Source: Macrostomum lignano
Taxonomy: Eukaryota
Direction of reading: 5' to 3'
NCBI GenBank assembly: GCA_002269645.1
Contig: NIVC01000763.1
Span: 186,001-250,000 of the forward strand
Length of the DNA: 64,000 nt
Below, in pieces: positions 27,294-37,727 of the stretch (its first letter is position 1; every line of letters begins with the position of its first letter). Both the position numbers and the translations under genes were made by a program. Below the pieces are notes generated by a model. That model searched no databases. It saw nothing but the letters and a program-made list of their open reading frames with translations, and was not told the origin of the DNA.

Positions 27294-27490
27294 AACTGAC
27301 TGACTGACTGACTGACTGACTGACTGGCTGACTGACTGACTGACTGACTGACTGACTGACTGACTGACTGACTGACTGACTGGCTGACTGACTGGCTGAC
27401 TGACTGACTGACTGACTGACTGACTGACTGACTGACTGACTGACTGACTGGCTGACTGACTAACTAGCTAACTAACTAACTAACTAACTA
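27294..27490. repeat. (TGAC)n grading into (TAAC)n, filling UBE4A intron 3
   Basis: Direct. Confidence 0.97.
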
Positions 27491-27496
27491 ATTTAC

Positions 27497-27716
27497 CTCC
27501 TGCAGTTGTTCGCAGGCCAATGCAAACCCCAGTCGAACGCCCCGCTGGCAGAGAAAGAACAGCTCCGTCAGCACATGTGGCGGATCGGTGGGGCCTTCGG
27601 CGTTGAAGGAGGCGGCGGTCGAGTCCGAAGGCGACGAGGCGCTGCCACCGATGCTGCCAGATAGGGAAGTCTCTTTGGACAGGGTGCGCAGGGGGCACAG
27701 GTCGCTGCGAACATAC
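27497..27716 (-). CDS. UBE4A: UBE4A exon 3 (not in the ORF track)
   Basis: atcccacaag|G TAT GTT ... CAG GAG|gtaaat; YVRSDLCPLRTLSKETSL...VLTELFFLCQRGVRLGF, frame continuous with exons 2 and 4. Confidence 0.88.
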
Positions 27717-27842
27717 CTTGTGGGATGGTGGTAGGAACGTCACTTTATAGATCCCGGGGATAGGATATGACAGATCCCTGATAGATCCCTTTCAAATATA
27801 TATTCTAAAAATTGCTATTCAATATCGATGTAGATAGAAAAT

Positions 27843-28868
27843 TAATGGTCAGATCCCAGTGAATCAATGGTCAGATCCCAGTGAATCAATGGTCAGATCC
27901 CAGTGAATCAATGGTCAGATCCCAGTGAATCAATGGTCAGATCCCAGTGAATCAATGGTCAGATCCCAGTGAATCAATGGTCAGATCCCAGTGAATCAAT
28001 GGTCAGATCCCAGTGAATCAATGGTCAGATCCCAGTGAATCAATGGTCAGATCCCAGTGAATCAATGGTCAGATCCCAGTGAATCAATGGTCAGATCCCA
28101 GTGAATCAAAGGTCAGATCACAGTGAATAAATGGCCAGATCCCAGTGAATCAATGGTGAGATCCCAGTGAATCAAACGTCAGATCCCAGTAAATCAATGG
28201 TCATATCCCAGTGAATGAAACGCCAGATCCCAGTGAATCAATGGTCAGATCCCAGTGAATCAAAGGTCAGATCCCAGTGAATCAAAGGTCAGATCCCAGT
28301 GAATCAATGGTCAGATCCCAGTAAATCAATGGTCAGATCCCAGTGAATCAATGGTCAGATCCCAGTGAATCAATGGTCAGATCCCAGTGAATCAATGGTC
28401 AGATCCCAGTGAATCAATGGTCAGATCCCAGTGTTTTATGTCAGATTCAAGTATTTCATGTCAGATCCCAGAATTTCATCTCAGATCCCAGTATTTCATG
28501 TCAGATCCCAGTATTTCATCTCAGATCCGAGTGTTTTATGTCAGATCCCAGTGAATCAATGGTCAGATCCCAGTGAATCAATGGTCAGATCCCAGTGAAT
28601 CAAAGGTCAGATCCCAGTGAATCAATGGTCAGATCCCAGTGAATCAATGGTCAGATCCCAGTGAATCAATGGTCAGATCCCAGTTAATCAATGGTCAGAT
28701 CCCAGTGAATCAATGATCAGATCCCAGTGAATCAATGGTCAGATCCCAGTGAATCAAAGGTCAGATCCCAGTGAATCAAAGGTCAGATCCCAGTGAATCA
28801 ATGGTCAGATCCCAGTGAATCAATGGTCAGATCCCAGTGAATCAAAGGTCAGATCCCAGTGAATCAAA
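27843..28868. repeat. 22-bp minisatellite (GATCCCAGTGAATCAATGGTCA)n filling UBE4A intron 2
   Basis: Direct. Confidence 0.97.
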
Positions 28869-28875
28869 ATCTCAC

Positions 28876-29318
28876 CTGGGATCCACCAGCAGCAGGCGGT
28901 CGGACACCGGGTCAGTCAGCGGCCCGGCCAGCTGGAGCAGCACGGCACAGGCGTTCAAACAGCAGCCGTCGCTGGCAAAAGACATGCCCAGCATGACCGG
29001 GTCCATCGTATGCCTGGCGGCCAGCTTAGCCTTGCCAGAATTGGCCTCCAAAAACTCGGCAAACCACAACAGCAGTTGGCGCCTAGCAGATCTGAATAGG
29101 GCTTTGAATACTGAGACAATTTGAGACAGATTTGCTGCGCTCAGGTCCCACAGACTGCGCTCGGCTGCGTCGTAGGCTTGTTGAGTCATCTGGCTAGCCG
29201 AGGGGAACAGCGAGTCCGGCTGTTGAAGGCCTCCCAGCTGGGGCAGGCCGCTTGGAGACAGGAGCCGGCCCAATGCTGTGCCTACCTGTGCCTGGCGACC
29301 GGCGCCTTCCGCTAGCGG
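28876..29318 (-). CDS. UBE4A: UBE4A exon 2
   Basis: ccgaacag|CCG ... CCC AG|gtgag; LGRLLSPSGLP...FASDGCCLNACAVLLQLAGPL...VDP. Confidence 0.9.
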
Positions 29319-29339
29319 CTGTTCGGATTTTGAAGGGCG

Positions 29340-30080
29340 GATTTGAGGATCAGGGAATGTCAGATTGAGGATCAGGGAATGTCAGATTGAGGATCAGGGA
29401 ATGTCAGATTAAGGATATGGGGATTAGCGAATGTCAGGTTGAAGATATGGGGATGAGGGAATGTCAGGTTGAGGATATGGGGATCGGGGAATGTCAGATT
29501 AAGGATATGGGGATCAGCGAATGTCAGGTTGAGGATATGGGGATCAGGGAATGTCAGGTTAAGGATATGGGGATCAGCGAATGTCAGGTTAAGGATATGG
29601 GGATCAGGGAATGTCAGATTGAGGATATGGGGATCAGCGAATGTCAGGTTGAGGATATGGGGATCAGGGAATGTCAGGTTGAGGATATGGGGATCAGAGA
29701 ATGTCAGATTATGGATATGGGGATCAGCGAATGTCAGATTGAGGATTTGGGCATCAGGGAATGTCAGGTTGAGGAAATGGGATCAGTGAATGTCAGGTTG
29801 AGGATATGGGGATCAGTGAATGTCAGGTTGAGGATATGGGGATTAGGGAATGTCAGATTGAGGATTTGGGCATCAGTGAATGTCAGGTTGAGGATATGGG
29901 GATCAGTGAATGTCAGGTTGAGGATATGGGGATCAGGGAATAACCAGTTGGGATTTGAGGATCAGGGATAGTCAGATTGAGGATATGAGGATCAGGGTTA
30001 GTCAGATTGAGAATTTGAGGATCAGGAAATGTCAGGTTGAGGATATGGGGATCAGGGAATGTCAATCTGATGATTTGGAT
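29340..30080. repeat. 30-bp minisatellite (GATATGGGGATCAGGGAATGTCAGGTTGAG)n filling UBE4A intron 1
   Basis: Direct; 10-aa periodic ORF. Confidence 0.95.
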
Positions 30081-30108
30081 ATAAGAATCCACAAAACATT
30101 TATCCCAC

Positions 30109-30957
30109 CTGACGCAGCCGTGACGCAGCCAGCAGTGCCCTGGCGCAAGTGGGGAGGCTGGCGAGCAGCCGGAGCAGCTGCATCAGCCTCTGGTCGGTGA
30201 GCAGCGGGCAGTGCAACGATTCGAAATGTCGTTCGTCTCGCATAACTTCGTCGCAAATTTTCGCGACAAACTGTTTAACAACCGGGCCATTCTCGTCGGC
30301 ATCTCCGCTAGGCAGACTGGCCGAGAGAAAGTCGGACACTAGCGGGGGCAGCTCGCGCCTGTCGCCGCCCAGTCTGAGAGCCACATCGAGCAGCTGGCGG
30401 ACGGCGGCTTCCGGCTGGCACTCGGTGAGCACGTCCGGCTGGGCGAGGTACTCCCGCAGCTGGCCAGTCAGCTGGCTCCGACAGGCGGACACAATTTCGG
30501 ACAGTCTACGATCGGCCGCGGATTTCAATTCGGGCGGCAAAACGACAGGTGAGTCGGCCAGCTCGGTCAGGTTGCCATAGCAACGGAAGCTGTAAAGTAC
30601 AACATTGGATGCAGTGAGCAGCTGATCGGCCAGAGCCGCACCGAAACTGTCCGGTCCGATTAGCCGCCTGTCCGGATAGACTTCGGCCAGCGAGGCCAGA
30701 TGCTTCGGCTGGGCAACAGTCGGTGGTAGCGGAACTGCAGAGACACGTTCGGAGTCGAAGGTGACACCGAAGCAGTACTCGACGACATAGTTCCACAGCA
30801 GGCCGCGACGGTGCTCGTCCGCCAGCTGGGCGTGCAGCGAGGAGCACAGGCGGCACGCAGACCGGTGCTGAGCGTCCGAAACATCGTGCCGACTCTGCTG
30901 CGGCTGCAACTGCTGCTGCTCAGCTGCCAGAGCAGCGAACGGATTCAACGAGGACAT
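30109..30957 (-). CDS. UBE4A: UBE4A exon 1
   Basis: MSSLNPFAALA start; donor CGT CAG|gtggga; the 7 exons sum to 3159 nt (1052 aa), close to animal UBE4A length. Confidence 0.85.
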
Positions 30958-31056
30958 GAAACAGGCGTTTAGCGTCAGTGATGAGCACACCTGGCCCAAG
31001 TGTGTTTAAAGCTGCTGGCTTAAACTTAAAGCTTCAAGATGCCGGGAACAAAGACT

Positions 31057-31137
31057 AGATCCCAGGATCAAAGGTCAGATCCCCGGGATCAAATGTCAGA
31101 TCCCCGGGATCAAATGTCAGATCCCCGGGATCAAAGG
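31057..31137. repeat. Short 21-bp array (GATCCCCGGGATCAAATGTCA)n
   Basis: About 4 copies. Confidence 0.9.
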
Positions 31138-31179
31138 TTAAAAGTAGATGCCAGCAACAAAATTAGAAGTCTATAAGAT

Positions 31180-31520
31180 AAATTGTTTACGAGGGATTGG
31201 GAATCGAACCCCCCGACATTCAAGTCGTGAGTCTGACGCTCTAACCACTAGGCTACAACCACTGATCCGGGATCAAATTTTTTGTGTTCTTGAGCAAGAC
31301 ATTTAACTCTGCATTGCTTCAGTTGTAAAATGGGTGCCAGCATTAGCTGGGATAATTGAGGGTGTGTGGCAACCCCCCAGTCCTTGGACTGAACAGCCGA
31401 ACGCAGCCTTCAGATGCGGCTGAGCTGTCGTTTGCAAATCTGGCCCAACTGGGGCAGGAGTAATCAACTATTATTATTAGTATTCGAAAAACGTAATTTC
31501 TTTTTTTTCTTTTGTTAAAA
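31180..31520 (+). mobile_element. tRNA-derived CORE-type SINE (family A) with an inverted head
   Basis: Head 31180-31260 lies on the minus strand (GGTTGTAGCCTAGTGG...GGTTCGATTCCC; A and B boxes); body 31283-31520 lies on plus and matches the 51443 copy. Confidence 0.88.
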
Positions 31521-31689
31521 GAAAGCCCAATTACGGCATGTGTAATCAATAATGGATGTGATACCTAAGGTCACATCCCCGGGATCAAAGTTCAGGTCTC
31601 AGCCTCTCGTAATCAAAAGTCAGATCAAAGGTCAATAATCCTGGGATCAAATCTTAGATTTTTGACCACCTTCATCTTTGATCTCAGTT

Positions 31690-32378
31690 AAAATCCCAGA
31701 ATCAAATGTCAGATCCCAGAATCAAATGTCAGATCCCAGAATCAAATGTCAGATCCCAGGATTAAATGTCGGATCCCAGGATTAAATGTCAGATCCCAGG
31801 ATTAAATGTCAGATTCCAGGATTAAATGTCAGATCCCAGGATCAGATGTCAGATCCCAGGATTAAATGTCAGATCCCAGGATTAAATGTCAGATCCCAGG
31901 ATCAGATGTCAGATTCCATGATCAGATGTCAGATCCCATGATCAAATGTCAGATCCCAGGATCAGATGTCAGATTCCATGATCAAATGTCAGATCCCATG
32001 ATCAAATGTCAGATCCCGGGATCAAATGTCAGATCCCAGGATCAGATGTCAGATTCCATGATCAAATGTCAGATCCCATGATCAAATGTCTGATCCCGGG
32101 ATCAAATGTCAGATCCCCAGGATTAAATGTCAGATCCCAGGATCAGATGTCAGATCCCAGGATTAAATGTCAGATCCCAGGATTAAATGTCAGATCCCAT
32201 GATCAAATGTCAGATCCCATGATCAAATGTCAGATCCCAGGATTAAATTTCAGATCCCAGGATCAAATGTCAGATCCCAGGATTAAATTTCAGATCCCAG
32301 GATTAAATGTCTGATCCCAGGATCAAATGTCAGATCCCAGGATTAAATTTCAGATCCCAGGATCAGATGTCAGATCCC
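31690..32378. repeat. 20-bp minisatellite (GATCCCAGGATYAAATGTCA)n
   Basis: About 34 copies. Confidence 0.96.
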
Positions 32379-32925
32379 GCTGATTTCAAAGCAAAATCTG
32401 ACTACGTGAGCCAGTGTGCAGAAATCTTATCAGGGACTATCTACGGTGCAGTTAGTCGAATTCTCTATCTCTAGAAAATCTATATCTCAGCAATTCTATC
32501 AAGTATTTTTTAATTAATCATAAACAATAAAAACCGAAGTTACCATGCAAGCTGTTAAAGAACTAGTTTATATATTATAGCAATATTCCCTAAAGAACAA
32601 ACAGATTTATTTATCAGCGATATGCATTAGATGGTGGATAGTTAGTTAGATTAAGAGCGAAAGTTGAATATTAAGACAATCGGGGACTTTTGAATATCTG
32701 TTGATAATGTATTATCGCATTTGGGATCCTCTCACGCTACTAAGAGTTCAGCCTGGGGTGTTTACGGATCGAGAAATTGGAATAATTGCACACAGTAACA
32801 ATGGGGATAAAGCGGGGGATTAACAGGGATAGAAGAACAGTGCTTATAAAGTGACTTAGTCCATGTCTAGTCAGGCCTATTGCAGTCTTTCTCAATGCAG
32901 AGTCGCTCTCAGGTCCGCCGCTGTC

Positions 32926-34341
32926 TCACACTGGCGACCGTCTGGGCGCGTGAGCCACCGCCACCCGATGATGCTGCTGCTGATGGTTGCCATGGAAACG
33001 CCGGCCAGTCAGGCCGAACGTCTCCCTGTTGAGCGCATTCTGCCTGGCGGCCTCTTTGCGGCCCAGCCTGGCTGAGTCGCCACCGGCGGCGGCGCCGGCA
33101 TCTGCGTCGACCCGGCTGATGTCGTCGAAGAAGCTGCGGTCCCGGTCGTAGCCGGCGCCGCCCAGCTGATGCTGGCCATCGGCAACGGCGGCGGCCATCA
33201 GAGCCGACGCTGACGACGAAGCGACGGCGCCGTTGACGCCATTAGTCGAAGAAGCCGAATTCTCCTCATCCGAGGCGCCGTTGATGCCGCCGTTGGCAAC
33301 GACGACCTGCTTAGCAGAAGTGGAATTAACTGCCGTGAGCAATAATTTCGCCATCTCGGCGTTGGCCGTCTCAAAATCATAATCGGCGGAGAAATATTTG
33401 GCCGGATTGGCCGAAGCCTCAGCAATGCCGTTCGACTGGTGCGTCCGGCGCGAGTTACGGCCGCGGCCGCCGCCTCCACCGCTGCCGATCAAACGCGGCG
33501 ATAAGCGAAGCCGCTGAGCTCCTGGGCCGCCGCTGCCGCCGCCCTGAACTCGTCGAAAGTGCATCACGGGCCGGCCGCCTCCGCCGCCTCCAGCCGATGG
33601 CCTCATCCCGTAGCCATGGTTACCAGGCGCTGCGGCAAACTCGACAGCGGGGTACATGCTAGCCGGGCGATACTGCGGGTAGTAACCGGCTCCGTTGCCT
33701 CGATAGCTGACATTGTACCTGGGATAGACGATGTAGTCGTTGCGAGAACGCGGCTGCTGCTGCGGCGGGGACTGCATCGGCAGCTGCATCATCGGCGGCG
33801 GCGGCGCCAGATGCGGATGCTGCGGTGGCGGCGCCTGCTGCTTCATCTGTTGAGTCTGGCCGCGACCACCGGATCTGCCGCCAGCGCCGCGGCCAGCCGA
33901 GATGCCCCTGGGCTGGCGCCGCCGGCCGCCGCCTCCACCAGCCGCCCTGCCTCCCGTGGCCTCGCCGCCTCCACCGGTTCCGTTGACAGCCGACGAGCTT
34001 GAAGATGCATTGGCGTTACCGGGTCCCTTCACCTGTACGCGGATAATAGCAGGGTCGGGCACCGGCCGGGACAGTGGAGTGTCAATCACTCGCAGCTCAG
34101 TGATGTCCGCGGCCCGGAAAATGATGTACTCGAATGTTTCGGAAGACGGCGGCACCCGACGCTCGCACTGGCGCTCCTCGGTGCCGAATACTCGCACGTG
34201 GTCGAGCGTGACAGACGCCTCCTTCTGGTCGATGCTGTGTAGGAAGCCTTCGTACCGAATCCCGGCTTTGGATAGCAACGATATCGTGGACCCGATGTAG
34301 GGCACTTGAGACGCGGACGAAGAACCCGATGGCGGTGCCAT
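32926..34341 (-). CDS. LSM14: LSM14/RAP55/Trailer hitch/Scd6 family P-body protein, single coding exon, about 471 aa
   Basis: N-terminal LSm14 domain PYIGSTISLLSKAGIRYEG; RGG-rich linker; DYDFETANA (FDF-type), SFFDDIS (FFD) and NRETFG (TFG) motifs; first ATG at 34341 (the track start at 34383 is GTG). Confidence 0.93.
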   Translation of the reverse strand: MAPPSGSSSASQVPYIGSTISLLSKAGIRYEGFLHSIDQKEASVTLDHVRVFGTEERQCERRVPPSSETFEYIIFRAADITELRVIDTPLSRPVPDPAIIRVQVKGPGNANASSSSSAVNGTGGGGEATGGRAAGGGGGRRRQPRGISAGRGAGGRSGGRGQTQQMKQQAPPPQHPHLAPPPPMMQLPMQSPPQQQPRSRNDYIVYPRYNVSYRGNGAGYYPQYRPASMYPAVEFAAAPGNHGYGMRPSAGGGGGGRPVMHFRRVQGGGSGGPGAQRLRLSPRLIGSGGGGGRGRNSRRTHQSNGIAEASANPAKYFSADYDFETANAEMAKLLLTAVNSTSAKQVVVANGGINGASDEENSASSTNGVNGAVASSSASALMAAAVADGQHQLGGAGYDRDRSFFDDISRVDADAGAAAGGDSARLGRKEAARQNALNRETFGLTGRRFHGNHQQQHHRVAVAHAPRRSPV

Positions 34342-34964
34342 TCGCTCTGGCTCACTTGAACTACTCGGTTGATTCGCAGACACTTTAAAAAGAAACTTTT
34401 TACGCGATTAGACAAGTCTCGCTCGCTTCGAGACCCTTCTCTCTGCCTTTTTCTCTTCTAGCAGACAGGTCCGCGGAATCGATAGCTTTGCCAGCGACAC
34501 TTTCGGCCATAGACTATGAATAAAACCCTCTTACTCCTCTTAGCTGAAGGCTACGAGAAAGCTTTAACTTGATGTGAAAGCTAGAATATTTTTTAAAAGT
34601 GCAACACCAAAGCTTGCAGCCTGGGCTCTGGGACATAGACAACACAATCAAAGAGAAAAAAGATAGCTACTGAGAAAAATACAAGCAACTAATTGAAGCT
34701 TCGTCTGACATCAGTTAGTAAAGTGGAGCGCCAGTTAATTAAAAGTACATTGAGTTATCGATTGCTATCAGAATGGGGAATAAAAAGGGGCACTCAGCCC
34801 GGAGGGCTTGGTGCGGCTTGGGAGTTACTGACTGGTGATCTTGCATTGCTGGTGAGCGGCCCGTGTTTCAGGAAGATACCGCGCTCTGTGCTGATTTTGA
34901 GCTGCTATTGCGCTAGGTGAACCTACCTGTGCAGTTGGAGCCAGAGGGTAAACGGACTGCCTGG

Positions 34965-35222
34965 TAAGGCCTCATGCGCAACACCCGGCCGACCCGGCTG
35001 GCTGGCGAGGGGCCCAGCCAAGGTAAGTCGCAAAAATGCTCACCCGACAAAATAGACGTACATGTATTACTAATTAGATGTCGAGGCATTAAGCCTTAAT
35101 AAGACAGTCAAGTTGCTCCTGCTGTTTACCCGAAATTAGTTTATTTTGCTTTAGGGTTTTTTCACAGGTTAGTCGCATTTTTGGTCGCATTGCCAGTGTA
35201 AATCAGGGGGTTGCGTATGTAT
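34965..35222 (+). repeat. Diverged direct repeat, copy 1 (partner 37092-37333), containing a GT-AG intron-like segment
   Basis: GGCGAGGGGCCCAGCCAAGGTAAGTCGCAAAAATGC vs GGCAAGGGGCCTAGCCAAGGTAAGTTGCAAAAATGC. Confidence 0.8.
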
Positions 35223-36174
35223 GCTCATGCGTGAGCCCTAGAAGTAGCATGCCCTGTCTGAAGGTGGTACCCACCAGGAATTTGGATTCTAGGCTTTGGG
35301 TGTGTTCGGCGCCTGGGTGAAAGGCTATCATCTGTTTGTGGCACGCACCACCTGGTAGTGCAATTGCCTACCAGTATAGTTGCCTACAGTGACCCTGTCT
35401 GGAGGGAAATTTTCGCCAGAGGATGATAGTCTCTGAGGAGGCTGGACCTAGTCCATTAAATGCAGTTTGTAGGAGTCAGACTGTGCAATAAAAATTCGCT
35501 TTGCAGCATGGACCCCAAAATTTTTGCCCTTGAAGGTGCCCAATCTTGCCTGTTATAGCTTAGGCTCACCCTCCAGCCTCTTTTCAAAATAGTATGCAAA
35601 TCTTTGTGATGTAGCCTTACAATTAGCTTTGTGCTATGAAAAGGATTCTATTCCAGGTGGCCTAGGTCTTGTATCCCTGATAGACCCACCCTTCTATTCA
35701 TCTCCACACTGGAGCCTTAATTTGGGCTGATCGGCGATTAGCCCTGCTAAGCACCCCATTTAACAACAACAAAATGGAATAGTTAAAAAATCTGTTATGC
35801 TAAGGCTTCCAGATTTTTTCTCTGTAGGGTTGCTTTATAAAGGTTGATATCAAACATTTGTTTAAAGGGTAGAAAATATTAGAATTTTAGAATTTTCTAA
35901 TGTCTCATTTCTCTTTTCTCTCTGGCAATTAATGACTAATTAAATGCCACAATCTTATGGCAAACTATCTTATGGCAAACTATCTAACTCAATTTGAAGT
36001 GACTTAATAAATCAATAGCCATCTATTAGCATCTTTAATAATGATCTTAGAAAAAAACCAACACTTATATTCTGAGAAATAGGTTGTTAACTCTATTAAC
36101 ATGAAGACATTAGACATGAATTTACAGTTTACCCAAAACTATATAACTAACCATAACTAACCTAGTAAAAATTG

Positions 36175-36357
36175 GGTTTTAGCTTAGTGGTTAGAGTGTC
36201 AGACTTATAACTAGAGGATAAAGGGTTAATCTTAGCCTATTTGAAACAATTTGTCTTTAAGCAAGAAATTTAACCTTATATTGCTTTAGTTCCCCTAGCT
36301 ATAAAATGAGTATTAGTATTAGCTAGGATAATTAAGGGTATATAGCAGTTCCTAGTC
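36175..36357 (+). mobile_element. Hypermutated copy of SINE family A
   Basis: Colinear with the 51443 and 31180 copies from A box through CORE; differences dominated by CA>TA and TG>TA. Confidence 0.88.
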
Positions 36358-37091
36358 ATTTCGTATCTGCCATTTCATCATCTGGGGTGTCTGGTTTTCT
36401 CACCTCAACTAGGGTCACTTTGTCATCTTAATTAGCATTCACTACTTGAAGAGAGTCATTTTGTCATCCACCAATCTCCAATCATATTAGTTCCAACTTC
36501 CAAGAAAATTAATGTGGCGATCAAACATTTACTTGGAATCTTAATGATCCCACCCATTTTGTCATCTTGATTGATAAAACCTGTCAATCAATTGGTTCTG
36601 CTTGCTGCAGCTTAATAGTCAATAAAAACAAAAAATAGTTTACACTAACTCAAATTGCATACAGTTTGATTGGTTGATGACAAAGTATTCACTATAACTA
36701 AATATTTGATCACTTTGTCATATTATTTTTCAAGCTTCTTTGCTTTTTCTAGTCACTTTGTCATCCAATTTGACAAAATAAAATATGATGATCTGACCAG
36801 TGACCTATATAGCAACTTTGTAGTTCTTAGACTAAATAGCTATATAAGCCTTTAGATATATAATGCAATAGTTGTGGCTGAGCTATTAGTTAGGATAAGT
36901 GTAATTAATTATCTATTATTATAATTATTAAATCTTATTATTAAAACATTCATATGTAACAAAATCAAGTATATAAAAGTATTTATAGAATAGGCTTTGT
37001 TTAAAATAGCATAGTTAATAAAAAAATAAAACAAAATAAATAAACTATTACAAAACCAATATATAAAAAAGTATTAAACCTAATATATATG

Positions 37092-37333
37092 GGTCATACC
37101 CAGCTGACATGGCCAATCTGGCCAGCTGGCAAGGGGCCTAGCCAAGGTAAGTTGCAAAAATGCCTACCAAAAAAATAGACAGAACTAATTAGATGATAAA
37201 AGCATTTAGCCTTACCAAATTTTAATTTAAACCATTAATTTTTGTTTATGTTTTTATAGGGAAGTCACACTTTTAGTCAAAAAGTAAACATTTTGCATTG
37301 CTGGTATAATGCAGCCTGGGATTGTGAATGTAT
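37092..37333 (+). repeat. Diverged direct repeat, copy 2 (partner 34965-35222)
   Basis: See copy 1; cut at its right end by the MITE. Confidence 0.78.
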
Positions 37334-37335
37334 TA

Positions 37336-37727
37336 GGCTTTTCACAAAGATTGGTTCTAGAACTAGAATAATTCCAATTCCAGAACCAGAATTTGTAGGA
37401 AAATGAAAAGCTTCAAACACATTTTTTGTTTGTTAGTCTATACAATTTAATTTTGTCTTTCCTTGACTTTGTTTCCTCTTGGATATGACAAAAAACGGAA
37501 TAATTAATACCAATAATAAAAAATGCCAATTTCAAATACTTTACTGTTAAATACTTTTACTGTTAATTAAAGTGTAAACATGACTTCTCGTCTCAAGTTC
37601 TCGAGAAAACTGCTCGACCCAAATTCCAGAACCAGAACACGGTTCTGGAACCGATTCTGAAAACGGAACAGACAATATGAAAAGCTTCGAACCGATTCTG
37701 GTTCTGGAATTGGTAATATGAAAAGCC
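37336..37727. mobile_element. ~392-bp MITE with TIRs GGCTTTTCA...TGAAAAGCC and TA target-site duplication
   Basis: TA|GGCTTTTCA at left, TGAAAAGCC|TA at right; subterminal CCAATTCCAGAACCAGAAT inverted at both ends; no ORF. Confidence 0.8.

Noticed and set aside
23203-30957. Systematic AG avoidance in the sense strand of intronic arrays
   Set aside because: Holds for introns 1, 2, 4 and 5 but not 3 and 6 or ABCA-2 intron 3; inconclusive
33198-34415. Alternative-frame and antisense ORFs over GC-rich exons (also within the UBE4A, GPCR and ABCA exons)
   Set aside because: Shadow ORFs expected from GC-rich codon usage
34400-35200. Spliced-leader RNA gene (GGTAAG donor plus T-rich tract)
   Set aside because: No recognisable SL exon or stem-loops; better read as an ordinary intron-like segment
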